Source of the DNA: Chrysochromulina tobinii
Taxonomy: Eukaryota
Assembly (NCBI GenBank): GCA_001275005.1
Contig: JWZX01002640.1
Span: 1-40,913 of the forward strand
Direction of reading: 5' to 3'
DNA: 40,913 nt
In this document: positions 6,001 through 13,900 of the stretch, in pieces
How the letters are laid out: each line of letters starts with the position of its first letter
How positions within the stretch are numbered: position 1 is the first letter of the stretch
The notes under the pieces: model-generated
Told to the model about the DNA's origin: nothing
Databases searched by the model: none
Seen by the model: only the letters and a program-made list of their open reading frames with translations
Position numbers and translations under genes: made by a program

Positions 6001-8156
6001 CCCATCACCTCGATGGCCACGCACTGCTGCAGTGCATCCAGCCGATTGCCGGAGAGCGCATCAAAGATCTGCGTGTGCTGCTTGCGCAGCTCCCGCGTCC
6101 ACCACTCGCGCATTGCCTCGTAGGCGGCGTGCGGCAGCTCGCGCGGCGCGTGGTTCCACGGGTGCAGCGTGAGCGTGGCTGGTGGCTCGCCGCTGCCCTC
6201 CAAGAAGGTGAGGCGGTGGCCGAGGCCATCGGCGCCCGTCGAGGCCACGTCGGCATCGCGCCAGCCGCCGGCCGTACACACGGTGAGCAGCTGGCCGGCG
6301 GCGTAGCGCCGGGCGCCGCTGGCGCCGCTGGCGCGCAGCGCCGCAGTGAGCGCGGCCTCGAGCGCGACAGGCTGCAGCCTCTCGACCGCCGCGCGCACCG
6401 TGCCGAGCGCGGCTTCGAGCTGCGTAAGATCGCCCTGGCTGAAGAGCGTCGCCGCCGCATTCACGCACGACTGCACGGCGCTGCCCACCTCGCGCACCGC
6501 GTATGCGATGCTTTGGCACCGCGCCGCACGGTCGGCGATCTCGCGCGCCCGCTCGCCGACGGCGCGCAGAGCCGACTCCGACTGCATCCGCCGAGCATCC
6601 TCCTCCAGGCCGCGTGCGGGCTCGACGAGGTCTCGAAGCGCACGCGCATCGCCGACGAACGCGGCGTCCCAGCCGGCTGCGGGCGGCCGCCACGGCAGCA
6701 ACGACTGGCTGCATCGGTCGTAGGCGAGCTCGGCGTCGTCGACGCCCGTGACGGCGGCGGCGACGCGCCCCCCGGTCGCATCGACGACGCCAAAGCGCGG
6801 ACCGCCGCCCGTGCCGCTGCCCTGCCAAGAGAGGAGCAGCAGCGGCTGTCCCTCGGCGAGGCGCAGCGGCGCGGCAGCGGGCGCATCGACCTGCGGCAAC
6901 GGCTCCGCCGGCGCGGCCATCGCGCTGCCGGACGCGAGCGCGAGCACGGATGTCACCACGCCGACAATACGCCCGACGTACTCGCGGTAGAGGGCGGGCA
7001 CCGTCTCCTTGTCGCCCTTGCCGGTGAAGGTGGCGCGCTCGATGCTGGAGACCACCTCGGCGACGCGCGTCTCCAGCTGGCCGATGGGCGCTACGCCCGG
7101 CTCGGTGGGCTGGCCGCTGCGCAGCACGAGCACCTTGGACGGAAGCGCGTCGAGCGCCTCCCTCACGCGCGGAACCACACGCAGCCGCGCGAGCAGCTCA
7201 TAGCTCACAGCGTTTTCAAAGACGCACCAGCCGCGCTCGTCGTACGGGCGCTCGTTGTACAGTGTGTCGACGCCGTCGCACAGCTCGGGCCACGGCCCCG
7301 CGCGCTTGGCGGCGAGCGCCGCCTCGTGGGACGCGAAGCGCACGACGGGAGGGTTGCGCGTAGGCTCGAACGCGACGATGGCGCCAAAGCAGCCAAGCGT
7401 CTCGCGGATGGAATCCTCGCCCGTCGTGGGCTTCAGCCCGAAGAGGCACAACGCACCGTCGAACGCCTCCGGCCGGGGCGGGATCTCGCGCGACTGCAGC
7501 ACGGTGGTGCCAACGGCGGAGGCGTACACGTCGGCCATGACCTTGATCGCGCGCTTGAAGGCGTCGCTCTCGTCGGGCGTGCGCTCGCGGTCGGGCAGGG
7601 TCTGGAAGAGCGAGGCGTAGTCCCAGAAGACGCCCTCGATGTGCAGGTGCTCCTCGAGGGCGGCGAGCATCACGTCCAGGCGCGCGCCGTCCGGGTCGCA
7701 CTCGCCGGGTGACAGCCAGCCGTGGGTGAGCGCGCCCACGCCGCGGTTGCCGCGCCGGAGCAGCGCGACGGCCTCCTCCGCCGAGAGGAAGGGCGACTCA
7801 GCCTTCAGCGCCTCGAGCTCCTGCCTCCGTTTCAGCCGTCTCCCGTCTGGCTGCCGCCGCAGCCGCCGCAGCCGCCGCAGCCACGAGACGCGCAGCAGCT
7901 TGATGTCGCCGGCGCGGAGCGCCTCGGCAAGCCGGTCGTCGAGTCCCGAGAGGACGCGAATCATCTCGGGTGGGCCAATTGCCACGGTCGGCCGCTCAGC
8001 GTCGTCGTCGTCATCGATGTCGTCGAGGTTGGTATCGTCCAAGGCATTGGGCTGCGTGGCGCCAACGGACGGTCCCGATGAAGACGGCCCACGCGGCGTG
8101 GTGGTCATCTCAATCGCGTCAACAATGGAGTTCCCGATCACGACATTCGGGTTCAT
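3..8156 (-). CDS. NLR-like STAND protein (HET-like domain, NACHT NTPase, RI-like LRR array); ~2690 aa before the telomere, no stop codon, runs into telomere as (RV)n
   Basis: Hand translation of the minus frame. In-frame TAG upstream at 8262-8264, first ATG at 8156 (MNPNVVIGNS). HET-like motifs ALTHGW, FWDYASL, YDERGWCVFE, ATFTGKGD. Walker A APPAAGKTT (5856-5882), Walker B LLLLDGLDE (5619-5645), CTSRP, ANPLMLSM, winged-helix HLSFQEFFAA (~4647-4676), then 28-aa LRRs. The ORF track lists no minus-strand ORF in this frame below 8200, consistent with no stop before the sequence edge. Confidence 0.92.
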   Translation of the reverse strand, partial: MNPNVVIGNSIVDAIEMTTTPRGPSSSGPSVGATQPNALDDTNLDDIDDDDDAERPTVAIGPPEMIRVLSGLDDRLAEALRAGDIKLLRVSWLRRLRRLRRQPDGRRLKRRQELEALKAESPFLSAEEAVALLRRGNRGVGALTHGWLSPGECDPDGARLDVMLAALEEHLHIEGVFWDYASLFQTLPDRERTPDESDAFKRAIKVMADVYASAVGTTVLQSREIPPRPEAFDGALCLFGLKPTTGEDSIRETLGCFGAIVAFEPTRNPPVVRFASHEAALAAKRAGPWPELCDGVDTLYNERPYDERGWCVFENAVSYELLARLRVVPRVREALDALPSKVLVLRSGQPTEPGVAPIGQLETRVAEVVSSIERATFTGKGDKETVPALYREYVGRIVGVVTSVLALASGSAMAAPAEPLPQVDAPAAAPLRLAEGQPLLLLSWQGSGTGGGPRFGVVDATGGRVAAAVTGVDDAELAYDRCSQSLLPWRPPAAGWDAAFVGDARALRDLVEPARGLEEDARRMQSESALRAVGERAREIADRAARCQSIAYAVREVGSAVQSCVNAAATLFSQGDLTQLEAALGTVRAAVERLQPVALEAALTAALRASGASGARRYAAGQLLTVCTAGGWRDADVASTGADGLGHRLTFLEGSGEPPATLTLHPWNHAPRELPHAAYEAMREWWTRELRKQHTQIFDALSGNRLDALQQCVAIEVMGDADLAGVRDVRGLSDWLHSLHAARSLGEAITAPGAALLTAPPAAGKTTLISQVVVLALDCAELVPIVIKVQLLQAKLRDAPDAFTSHWNWVDAYLCLTYAERPEVYRMLRQAMMARRALLLLDGLDEAGAKRAEIEQHVVKVLAHQGHVMLCTSRPAGVVEARFSGFRLLKLAPLTEAQQEQALLQRLGNEGDVRQLMAFVERMPTSTDPAAPTMQHRVTANPLMLSMVASVFEIRKGLGMPKTVVELYASASDAMLARGGVVTAEVRTLLEVVFFEAHVAQARVITDVQLLRGALGAFAPPGTLADLDAKVVYPFQTFKGRAEEGHYVELLDGKGKGQRGVIDDIYKTSHSIHYRVKLEDGATIERLEPEQLASSGLDKAACRAQMARADAASHPALDGAVQALRDEERAAVAEVRERVGQDRLPLLSLLQVEPLQMQSAHLSFQEFFAAQAICSGKYRLPEGSPPPWQWPAFWANVVMLGNEMGDAFGKGLKQTAGGVGDELDLSQKLIGGDRPTMVAVVVQLMHGLASLGLRENKLTHGESVKMVEALKTNTTLTQLDLGRNDLGAESGKAMVEALKTNTTLRIVALDGDVLSIAELTSAASIVLSRKRLGDASGLVITHLITSNRSLTQMSLNGNWLGDAGGCALAVALQTNTMLTQLDLGDNRLHAESGKAMVEVLKTNTTLRIVALDGDVLSIAELTSAASIVLSEKRLGDASGLVIAHLISRNWSLTQLDLGGNRLGAESGKALAVALQTNTTLTQLSLNHNNLGDSGGCALAVALQTNTTLTQLDLGGSSLGAESGKALAVALQTNTTLTQLSLNHNNLGDSGGCALAVALQTNTTLRHLDLGGNNLSTERDKAVLKLLKMNSSFHTIACGGVVLSIVELTSAASIVLSEKRLGDAFGLVIAHLISRNRSLTQLDLGGNNLSTETCKALVEVLKTNTALAQLSLRSNQLGDADGRTLAIEISRNRSLTQLDLGGNSLGAESGKALAVALQTNTTLTQLSLNNSRLCDAGGCALAVALQTNTTLTQLDLGGNQLGTESGKAVVEMLKTNTTLMQLSLKYSTLGDAGGCALAVALQTNTTLTQLDLGGNQLGTESGKALAVMLQTNTTLTQLSLNHNTLGDAGGCALAVALQTNTTLTQLDLGGNQLGTESGTAVVEMLKTNTTLHMIALDGDVLSIVELTSSASVVLSGKRLGDASGLMIAHLISGNRSLTQLDLGGNRLCTGICKALVEMLKTNTTLTQLSLNHNNLGDAAGYWLAVVLQTNTTLTQLDFGGNQLGTESGKAMEEVLKTNTTLTQLSLNHNNLGDAGGCALAVALQTNTTLTQLDLGGNELRTESGKALAVALQTNTTLTQLSLIRNNLGDAGGCALAVALQTNTTLTQLDLGGNQLGTESGKALAVALQTNTTLTQLDLGDNQLGTESGKAMVEALKTNTKLAQLSLNKNQLEDAVGCLLAVVLQTNTTLTQLSLNNNKLGDAGGCALAVALQTNMTLTQLDLGSNQLGTESGKAMVEVLKTNTMLAQLSLNYNKLGYAVGYWLAVVLQTNTTLTQLDLGGNQLGTESGKAVVEMLKKNTTLKKLNLVFNQCGLDGIGLNAGSSKAVVEMLKTHTTLHMIALEGNFISIAELTSAASIVLSGKRLGDASGLMIAHLISGNRSLTQLDLGGNRLCTGTCKALVEMLKTNTTLAKLSLSSNQLGDAGCCSLAVALQTNTTLTQLDLGGNQLGTESGKAMVEVLKTNTTMTQLSLNHNTLGDAGGCALAVALQTNTTLTQLDLGGNQLGTESGKAVVEALKTNTTLHMIALDGDVLSIAELTSAASIVLSGKRLGDASGLVIAHLISGNRSLTQLDLGGNQLGTESGKALVEVLKTNTTLHMIALDGDVLSIAELTSAASIVLSGKRLGDASGLVIAYLITRNRSLTQLDLGGNSLGAESSQALAVALQTNTTLTQLSLNSNKLGDAGGLAFAVALRVRVRVRVRVRVRVRVRVRVRVRVRVR
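86..4428 (-). repeat. Coding tandem array of ~47 LRR modules (~40 of 84 bp/28 aa and 7 of 138 bp/46 aa)
   Basis: Type A TNTTLTQLDLGGNQLGTESGKAxVExLK, type B TNTTLTQLSLxxNxLGDAGGCALAVALQ, type C TNTTLHMIALDGDVLSIAELTSAASIVLSGKRLGDASGLVIAHLISG followed by NRSL. Units are near-identical at DNA level. Confidence 0.93.
4640..5900 (-). other. NACHT NTPase plus helical/winged-helix domains of the NLR-like ORF
   Basis: ALLTAPPAAGKTTL, ALLLLDGLDEAG, MLCTSRP, LAPLTEAQQ, ANPLMLSMVA, HLSFQEFFAA in canonical NACHT order. Confidence 0.88.
6985..7935 (-). other. HET-like N-terminal effector domain of the NLR-like ORF
   Basis: Motif order ALTHGW...DPDGARL...VFWDYASLFQ...VMADVYAS...YDERGWCVFE parallels the HET domain motifs ALSYxW, WIDxxCIxQ, MxxIY, RxWxxQE. 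Confidence 0.6.
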
Positions 8157-8373
8157 CGACACGGCCGCCGCCCCCCTGGAAATCCTGTCCACTTGCCTGC
8201 TGCTCGTCGTGATATGAAACCACAATCGCGCACACACTCCGGACCTCAAGCACGAGGACCTCTATCGCAATGGACGGAGGTATGGCCGACACAGCCTGTT
8301 ACAGAACAAGTTTCCCAAACTATTTTAGCGTACTGTAGTTGATCTCTACACTATAGCCGACGGTCGCGACACG
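8157..8373. promoter_or_regulatory. Probable bidirectional promoter between the NLR-like gene and its divergent neighbour
   Basis: 217 bp, less GC-rich gap between two divergent ATGs (8156 minus, 8374 plus). Confidence 0.5.
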
Positions 8374-9678
8374 ATGGGATGTGCCCCGTCCAAGGCCACG
8401 GCAGCTCCCGCAGAGACCGATGATGATGATGAAAGGGATGTCAAGAGGCTCGCTGCGCAGTATGCAGAACGGCTCGAGCAGGAGAGTCAACGTATGGCAC
8501 TCGAAGCAGCAGCAGCAGCAGCAAAAAAAGCACCGAAGTCCAAGTCCCAGCCCAATTCTAAGGCTCATACGGCCTCGTCGGGAGTATCGGATGCCTCAAC
8601 GCTCAAGGTCGCCCGGTGGCTCTCCGATGGAACTGGCCACGTTGCTACGGTCGAAACCGCTAGTCAACGAGAACCGTTGGCCAACGCATTGGCGCCACCC
8701 TCAGCCCCAGCGCGAGTAACAGATCTGACGACGCTCATGGTCGCGCGTTGGCTTACCGAAGGAGCTGAGCCCGTAGCTCCTGTCCATGCCGCTCCAGCCA
8801 CTTCCACGACCGCCGCCGGGCGCGTCTCAGATGCCCCAACTCTCAAGCTCGCGCATCAGCTCTCTTCAGGAGCTGAAGCTACTGCTGAAGGAGCTGAACC
8901 GGCTCCAGCCGCCGCCGCGCCAGCCCCAGCCGCGGCGCTCCCACTGACGAGGCGCTTGGACACTGATGAGTCGCTCCCACTGACGAGGCGCTTGGACGCG
9001 GAGAACCACACCTTGATGAGCCAGTTGGTGGAGACTTGGGGGGCGGAGGATGCGAAGCTAGAGCGCCTGGCCGCGGAGCGGGCGGCGGCGGAGAAGGCGG
9101 AGACAGAGCGCTTGGCCGCGGAGATTGGGTCGTTTGAGGTAGGCGCTGGCGCGCTTCCCGACGGCGACGAGAGCGACGAGGAAATCTACACCGAGATGAG
9201 AAACAGAAGCCAGATCATCTCGCTACAGCAGCAGCCAGTGAACATGCTTAGCCTCCAGGAGTACATGCGATACGGCGAGAGCGCAATGCTGCGCGACGCG
9301 CGGGCACGGCGCGACATGGCCCTCGCCGAGGAACGCGTCGTCAACATCGAGTACTATCGGGATCTGCTCAATAGCAGCCCTTCGAAAGGCAGCCCGTCTC
9401 CCGTGCACGACTCTGGTGCACCCTCAACAGGCTCGACTCTGCCGACCGATCGGTCGCCATCTCAGCTGCTCAAGAGCACGCCAAGCAAGATCACGCCGCC
9501 TGCGCTTAAAATCCCCACGGTGTTGCCATCACCTGGTACGGAAGGCATGGATTTCATCGATACGGCTCGCCTCCTCTTCAAGAAAGCCAACGAGGCCATC
9601 AGCAGCGTGATGGTGGGCGATTATCTACAAGCTAGCACACCGGCGGCGGACACTGTCGAGAAACGGCTCGTTTTCTAA
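8374..9678 (+). CDS. Hypothetical protein, 434 aa, with predicted N-myristoylation/palmitoylation signal and internal repeats
   Basis: Begins MGCAPSK (MGCxxS acylation consensus). Three VxDxxTLxxAxxLxxG repeats, a duplicated LPLTRRLD and an S/P/T-rich tail. Confidence 0.75.
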   Translation: MGCAPSKATAAPAETDDDDERDVKRLAAQYAERLEQESQRMALEAAAAAAKKAPKSKSQPNSKAHTASSGVSDASTLKVARWLSDGTGHVATVETASQREPLANALAPPSAPARVTDLTTLMVARWLTEGAEPVAPVHAAPATSTTAAGRVSDAPTLKLAHQLSSGAEATAEGAEPAPAAAAPAPAAALPLTRRLDTDESLPLTRRLDAENHTLMSQLVETWGAEDAKLERLAAERAAAEKAETERLAAEIGSFEVGAGALPDGDESDEEIYTEMRNRSQIISLQQQPVNMLSLQEYMRYGESAMLRDARARRDMALAEERVVNIEYYRDLLNSSPSKGSPSPVHDSGAPSTGSTLPTDRSPSQLLKSTPSKITPPALKIPTVLPSPGTEGMDFIDTARLLFKKANEAISSVMVGDYLQASTPAADTVEKRLVF

Positions 9679-10086
9679 CGAGCCGTTTCTCGTCCGGTCG
9701 CGGGAGCCGTAACGGGAGCCGGACAGCGTGGTCAGCCGGAGGGACGAGCGAGATAGTTTTATTCGCGAACGCGCCCCGCGAGGTCCGAGGACGCGAATCG
9801 ACCCGGCCCCCCCCCAAAGCCAAACATAAAGCAACCCTGCTTGAACAGATAGCAGTTTTCACTCCATGGAGTCACACATAACTACGAGTTTAGGCTAACT
9901 GTGGGCCCGCCAGTTAGAGCCCAGCAGCACAGGCGATTGCACACACGACCTGCGAGCTGCGTGGTTCAGGGGCGCGATCGCCGCTCCGATGCGCAAGCTG
10001 TTCGGGCGGGGGCCACCCGGGCCTCCGAGAGCTAAGGATCGAACATCGCGTCCTCTGCGACTCGCCACGCGCAGGCGCACGCTCGC

Positions 10087-10845
10087 TCACACCGCTGCGG
10101 CGATGCGGCCGGTATCGCCACCCGGGATGGAGCCGGTCATGCCGCTCGCAATGGGCGCGCCCGCGTGGGCGGCGCTGACGTCGTGCGCGCCGGCGCCGCT
10201 GCTGCCGCTGCTGCCACCACCTAGCGCGGCGGCGGCGAACGACTGCACCGACGGGTTGCTGGCAGCGCCGAGGCCGGCCCCGAGGACCTCAGGGCTGTCC
10301 GAGATGACCTGCTTCATCAGGCCCGCCCAGCTCACCTCGTTGTCGTCAGCCGACGTCTTCAGTCCGCTCATCTCGTAAGACTGTTTCGTCTTGTCCATGT
10401 TAATGAACTCATTGTCCGTCACGGCGCCGCAGCGTTTGCACGCGAAGAGGTGGATGACGCCCACACAGGACACGATGAGCGTGCAAATCGAGGAGAGTGA
10501 CCACCCGGACTCGGCAAAGAAGGAGAGGAAGCCAATGAAGCAGTAGAAGCCGCCCTTGCCACGCGGCGACGACAGCAGGTGGAAGTAGACGTCGATACGC
10601 CTTTGGAAGGTGCGGATGATGGGCAACGTCTTGAGTTCCGTGAGCACGATCAGTATGCCGAAGCCAACGTTGTACAATGAGATGATGATCGCGAGTGGGT
10701 TGATGGTGAAGACGCCGACGATGCCGCCGAGCATGAGCAGGAGGCCGGAGATGGCCGAGGCCCAGCGTAGCGTTCGCGGCGGGTCCTTGGACATCACCGC
10801 ATACGACGTCCTGCAGCAGCTGATCGCGTTTCTGATATGCTCCAT
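10087..10845 (-). CDS. TVP15: COPI-associated / Golgi membrane protein TVP15 family
   Basis: ATG at 10845 (MEHIRNAI). Four hydrophobic segments and family-like motifs YNVGFGILIVLTE and YFHLLSSPRGKGGFYCFIG. Confidence 0.75.
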   Translation of the reverse strand: MEHIRNAISCCRTSYAVMSKDPPRTLRWASAISGLLLMLGGIVGVFTINPLAIIISLYNVGFGILIVLTELKTLPIIRTFQRRIDVYFHLLSSPRGKGGFYCFIGFLSFFAESGWSLSSICTLIVSCVGVIHLFACKRCGAVTDNEFINMDKTKQSYEMSGLKTSADDNEVSWAGLMKQVISDSPEVLGAGLGAASNPSVQSFAAAALGGGSSGSSGAGAHDVSAAHAGAPIASGMTGSIPGGDTGRIAAAV

Positions 10846-10981
10846 GGTGCGGCGAGGCGAAGCGACTCCGCGCCACTTCACGTTCACTCACACGTTGACC
10901 GCAAGGTTGGACATAATAGTGCTCCCTCCGAGCAAACGCCTCCCTCCATTTCAATCGCGCCGTTCCGGGCTTCCGTTTGCA

Positions 10982-13900
10982 ATGTCCTCCTTGGACCGTC
11001 GCGTGGCGCACCTGCTCGACGGCTCGGGTCTGACGGCGGCGCAGCGCGAGGAGCAACTCGTCGCCGCCGTCGCGCTGCTCCGCGCGGCCGAGGCGGGCGG
11101 CAGCGCCAAGCCCGAGACGGCCGCGCCCGAAAACTTCCTGCTGTGCTCGGAGGTGGCGCTCACGCTCGACGTGGTGGGCAAGCCGGCGGTGCTCGAGCTC
11201 GCACGCAGCTGCGTCGAACACTTTCTCCGCTCGCGCCCGCCGCGCACGCAGTTCCTCGTGCGCGCCTATTTCGCGCTCGGCTCCGTGCAGGCTGCCGAGG
11301 CGGCCCCGTGCAAGCTCGAGGAGCTTGCGGCACGGCTGCTCGCGGCGGCAAAGGTGGCTAACAAGGGGCTCACGCTCGCGGCCGAGCTGGGCCGCGCGCA
11401 CCGCTTCCTCGTGTACAACGCCTCGGTGCACCTCTACCGGATCCTGCGGCCGCTGCTCGAATACAACGGCGAGACGGCGGCAGCGACGACGGCGCTGCTC
11501 GAGGGCGTGCTCAAGGCCCTCGCGGCAGCAGAGGAGCCGGACGCGGCGTGGCGTCTGCAGCTCTCGATGCAGCTCGCGCGCTGCATGGAGCGCTGCGGCC
11601 GGCGCAAGGACGCGGGCGCCCTGCTGGGCACGTGCGCGCCGCTCGCCGCCGAGGCCAAGAAGCGCGAGGACGAGGAGTCCAAGCTGGGCGGCGAGTCCAA
11701 GCTGGGCGGCACCAAGCGGACGGGGCCGCCGCTGCAGGAGCTGCTGCTGCAGCTGCAGGCGCACATGGTCGGCGACGACGCGGCCGCGCTCAAGAAGCTG
11801 CGCGACGAGTGCCAGCCCGACCCACGCAAGCGCTGCCTCGTACTCACGCAGCTCCTATGCGACGGCGGCCCGGCGGGTCCACCCGACCCGAAGGCACCTC
11901 CCTTTTCGGCCGCGCAGGAGGTGGCGGACGCGGTGGCGGCGCTCGACCCGGAGCTCGGGGCGGCGCTCGCGACCAAGGGCGGCGAGGCCGCCATCAAGCG
12001 CGCCGTCGCCAACGTGCCGCTCAACTCGTGCCCGCACGACGACGTGCTCGTGGCGCTCGCCTCGCAGGCAGCACGCCTCGGGCTCCTCGCGATCGCGGGC
12101 CACTGCGCGCAGCGGTGCGCGGCGGCGCCCCGGCTGTCGAGCCGCGTGCGCTCGGCGTACATCAAGGCGGTGTGCCTCGTGGGCTCGCTCGACGAGGGCG
12201 ACGGGCCCAAGCAGGCGGGCGTGTACACCAAGCTGATGGTGAACACACGCATCGACGCGCTCAAAGTGCTCGAGGAGGCGCTCACCTCGGCGCGTCGCGT
12301 TGGCGAGCCCGAGCTGATCCAGGATGGATGCGTGCTCATCTGGAACGTGGCGCTCCCGCTCCTCCAGCCCTCGCTCCTCGGGCACGCCGAGCGCGCGCTC
12401 TACCTCGCCGCCGCCGCTCTCGAGGCCATCGGCTCGCCGCTCGCGCAGCTGCGCGCCTCAGTGCACCTCGAGCTCGCGCGGCTCGACGCGTCTCGCGAGC
12501 TTGTGGCCAAGGCGGCGGCGCACGTGGGGAAGGCCGAGGGGCTCAACATCCCCGCCGACGCGGGCACCGGCGCTGCCGTCAACCCGATCTCGCGCCCGCT
12601 GAGAATGCTCGGCACCCGTCTCGCTCTCAAGCTCGATGTGTTCCGAGAGCCCGCCACTGCATCTGAGCGCGCGATGGTCAAGCTCGAGCAGGCGCGCACG
12701 GACAAGCGCGCGCCCCTCAAGCGCACACTGCTCACCCAGGTTCTCGAGGAGCTGCAGGCCGCCGACCCCGACCCCGAGGACGACGCCAAGGGCGGCGACG
12801 ACGAGAATGCCAAGCGCGAGCGCGCTGTACTGTGGGAAGAGCTCATGAAGGCGGGCTGGGCGCTGCGCATGTCCGCCGTCGCGCGCGCCGCCGCCGCTGC
12901 GCTGCTCGCGCCGCAGTGGACGCCCGCCACCGACGGCCCGCTCGTGAGCGCGCAGGCCGAGGCGTACTTCACGCTGGGCGAGACGTATATCTCCGAATTG
13001 GGCGAGATGCAGGAGCAGGCGGCCAAGGAGGCGGCCGCGCTCGAGGCGGCGCGCGCCACCGCGGCCGAGCGCGGCCTGCCGCCGCCGGTCGCGCCGCCCG
13101 GCAAGGCGGAGGCAGCCGAGGCTGCGCGCGAGGCCGTGCGCCAGAAGGCTCTCGACTCGTTCAAGCGCGGCATTGGGGTGGGCCTCTCTGTCAAGGACGA
13201 CCTGCTCGTGCACAACGGGTGCATCTACGTACTCAACTACAACCGCTCGCTGCTGCGCGCGGCGCAGTACGAGCCGCTCGTGCCCACGCTGCGCGCGTGC
13301 TTCAGCGCTCTACAGCAGTGCGATGCCAAGTCGATGAAGGCCGACGGGCAGCAGCTGCGCATCGCTCTCGCCACCTGCTGCTCGTTCGCCCTTGCGCTCG
13401 AGGACGCTGCAACCGAGCCGCCCGCGTCTGGCAGCGGCCCACGCGTCGCTCTCAAGGACGCGGACGCGGCCGCGTGGCTCAAGGAGGCGCTCGACGTGTG
13501 CAAGTGGGGCTGCGAGCTGTGCGCGGGCCAAGCCCAGCTCAAGGCGCAGCTGACCGCGTGCTGGGCTCGGCTGCAGGGCTACGGCGGCGCCAAGGCTGCG
13601 CAGTTGAATGTGGGCACGGAGCCCGAGGCGACTGCGCTCGCGCTCCTCGAGTTGCTCGCCTGCGGCATCCTCGACACGGGCCCCGCGGCGGACAAGGCCG
13701 CCGCGCTCGGCAAGGCGCGCGAGCTCCTCACCACGAGTAGCGGTTCGCCCAAGCCCGAGCCTGAGCTGTGGGTGCGTGTGGCGCAGCAGGCGCTCGCCCT
13801 CGGCGACCTCGCCTCCGTCGTCAAGGCATGCGAGGCGGCGCTCCAGCCGCTCAGCGCCAAGCGCGAGGCCAATGCGACCATCCTGAAGGAGGAGTGGAAG

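Noticed and set aside
1..8156. Telomere-targeting retrotransposon (SART/TRAS/HeT-A-like)
   Set aside because: No RT, endonuclease or gag motifs, and no poly-A at the telomere junction.
379..8217. Many plus-strand ORFs in the track (e.g. 1482-2366, 3825-5129, 5946-7712) and short minus ORFs in other frames
   Set aside because: Shadow ORFs of the GC-rich NLR-like gene. They have no recognisable motifs, whereas the unlisted minus frame gives coherent HET-like, NACHT and LRR motifs.
10610..10981. N-terminal 124 aa of the 2715-aa ORF as listed in the track
   Set aside because: Starts at GTG and overlaps the TVP15-like gene on the opposite strand. CFAP46 similarity begins at ATG 10982.
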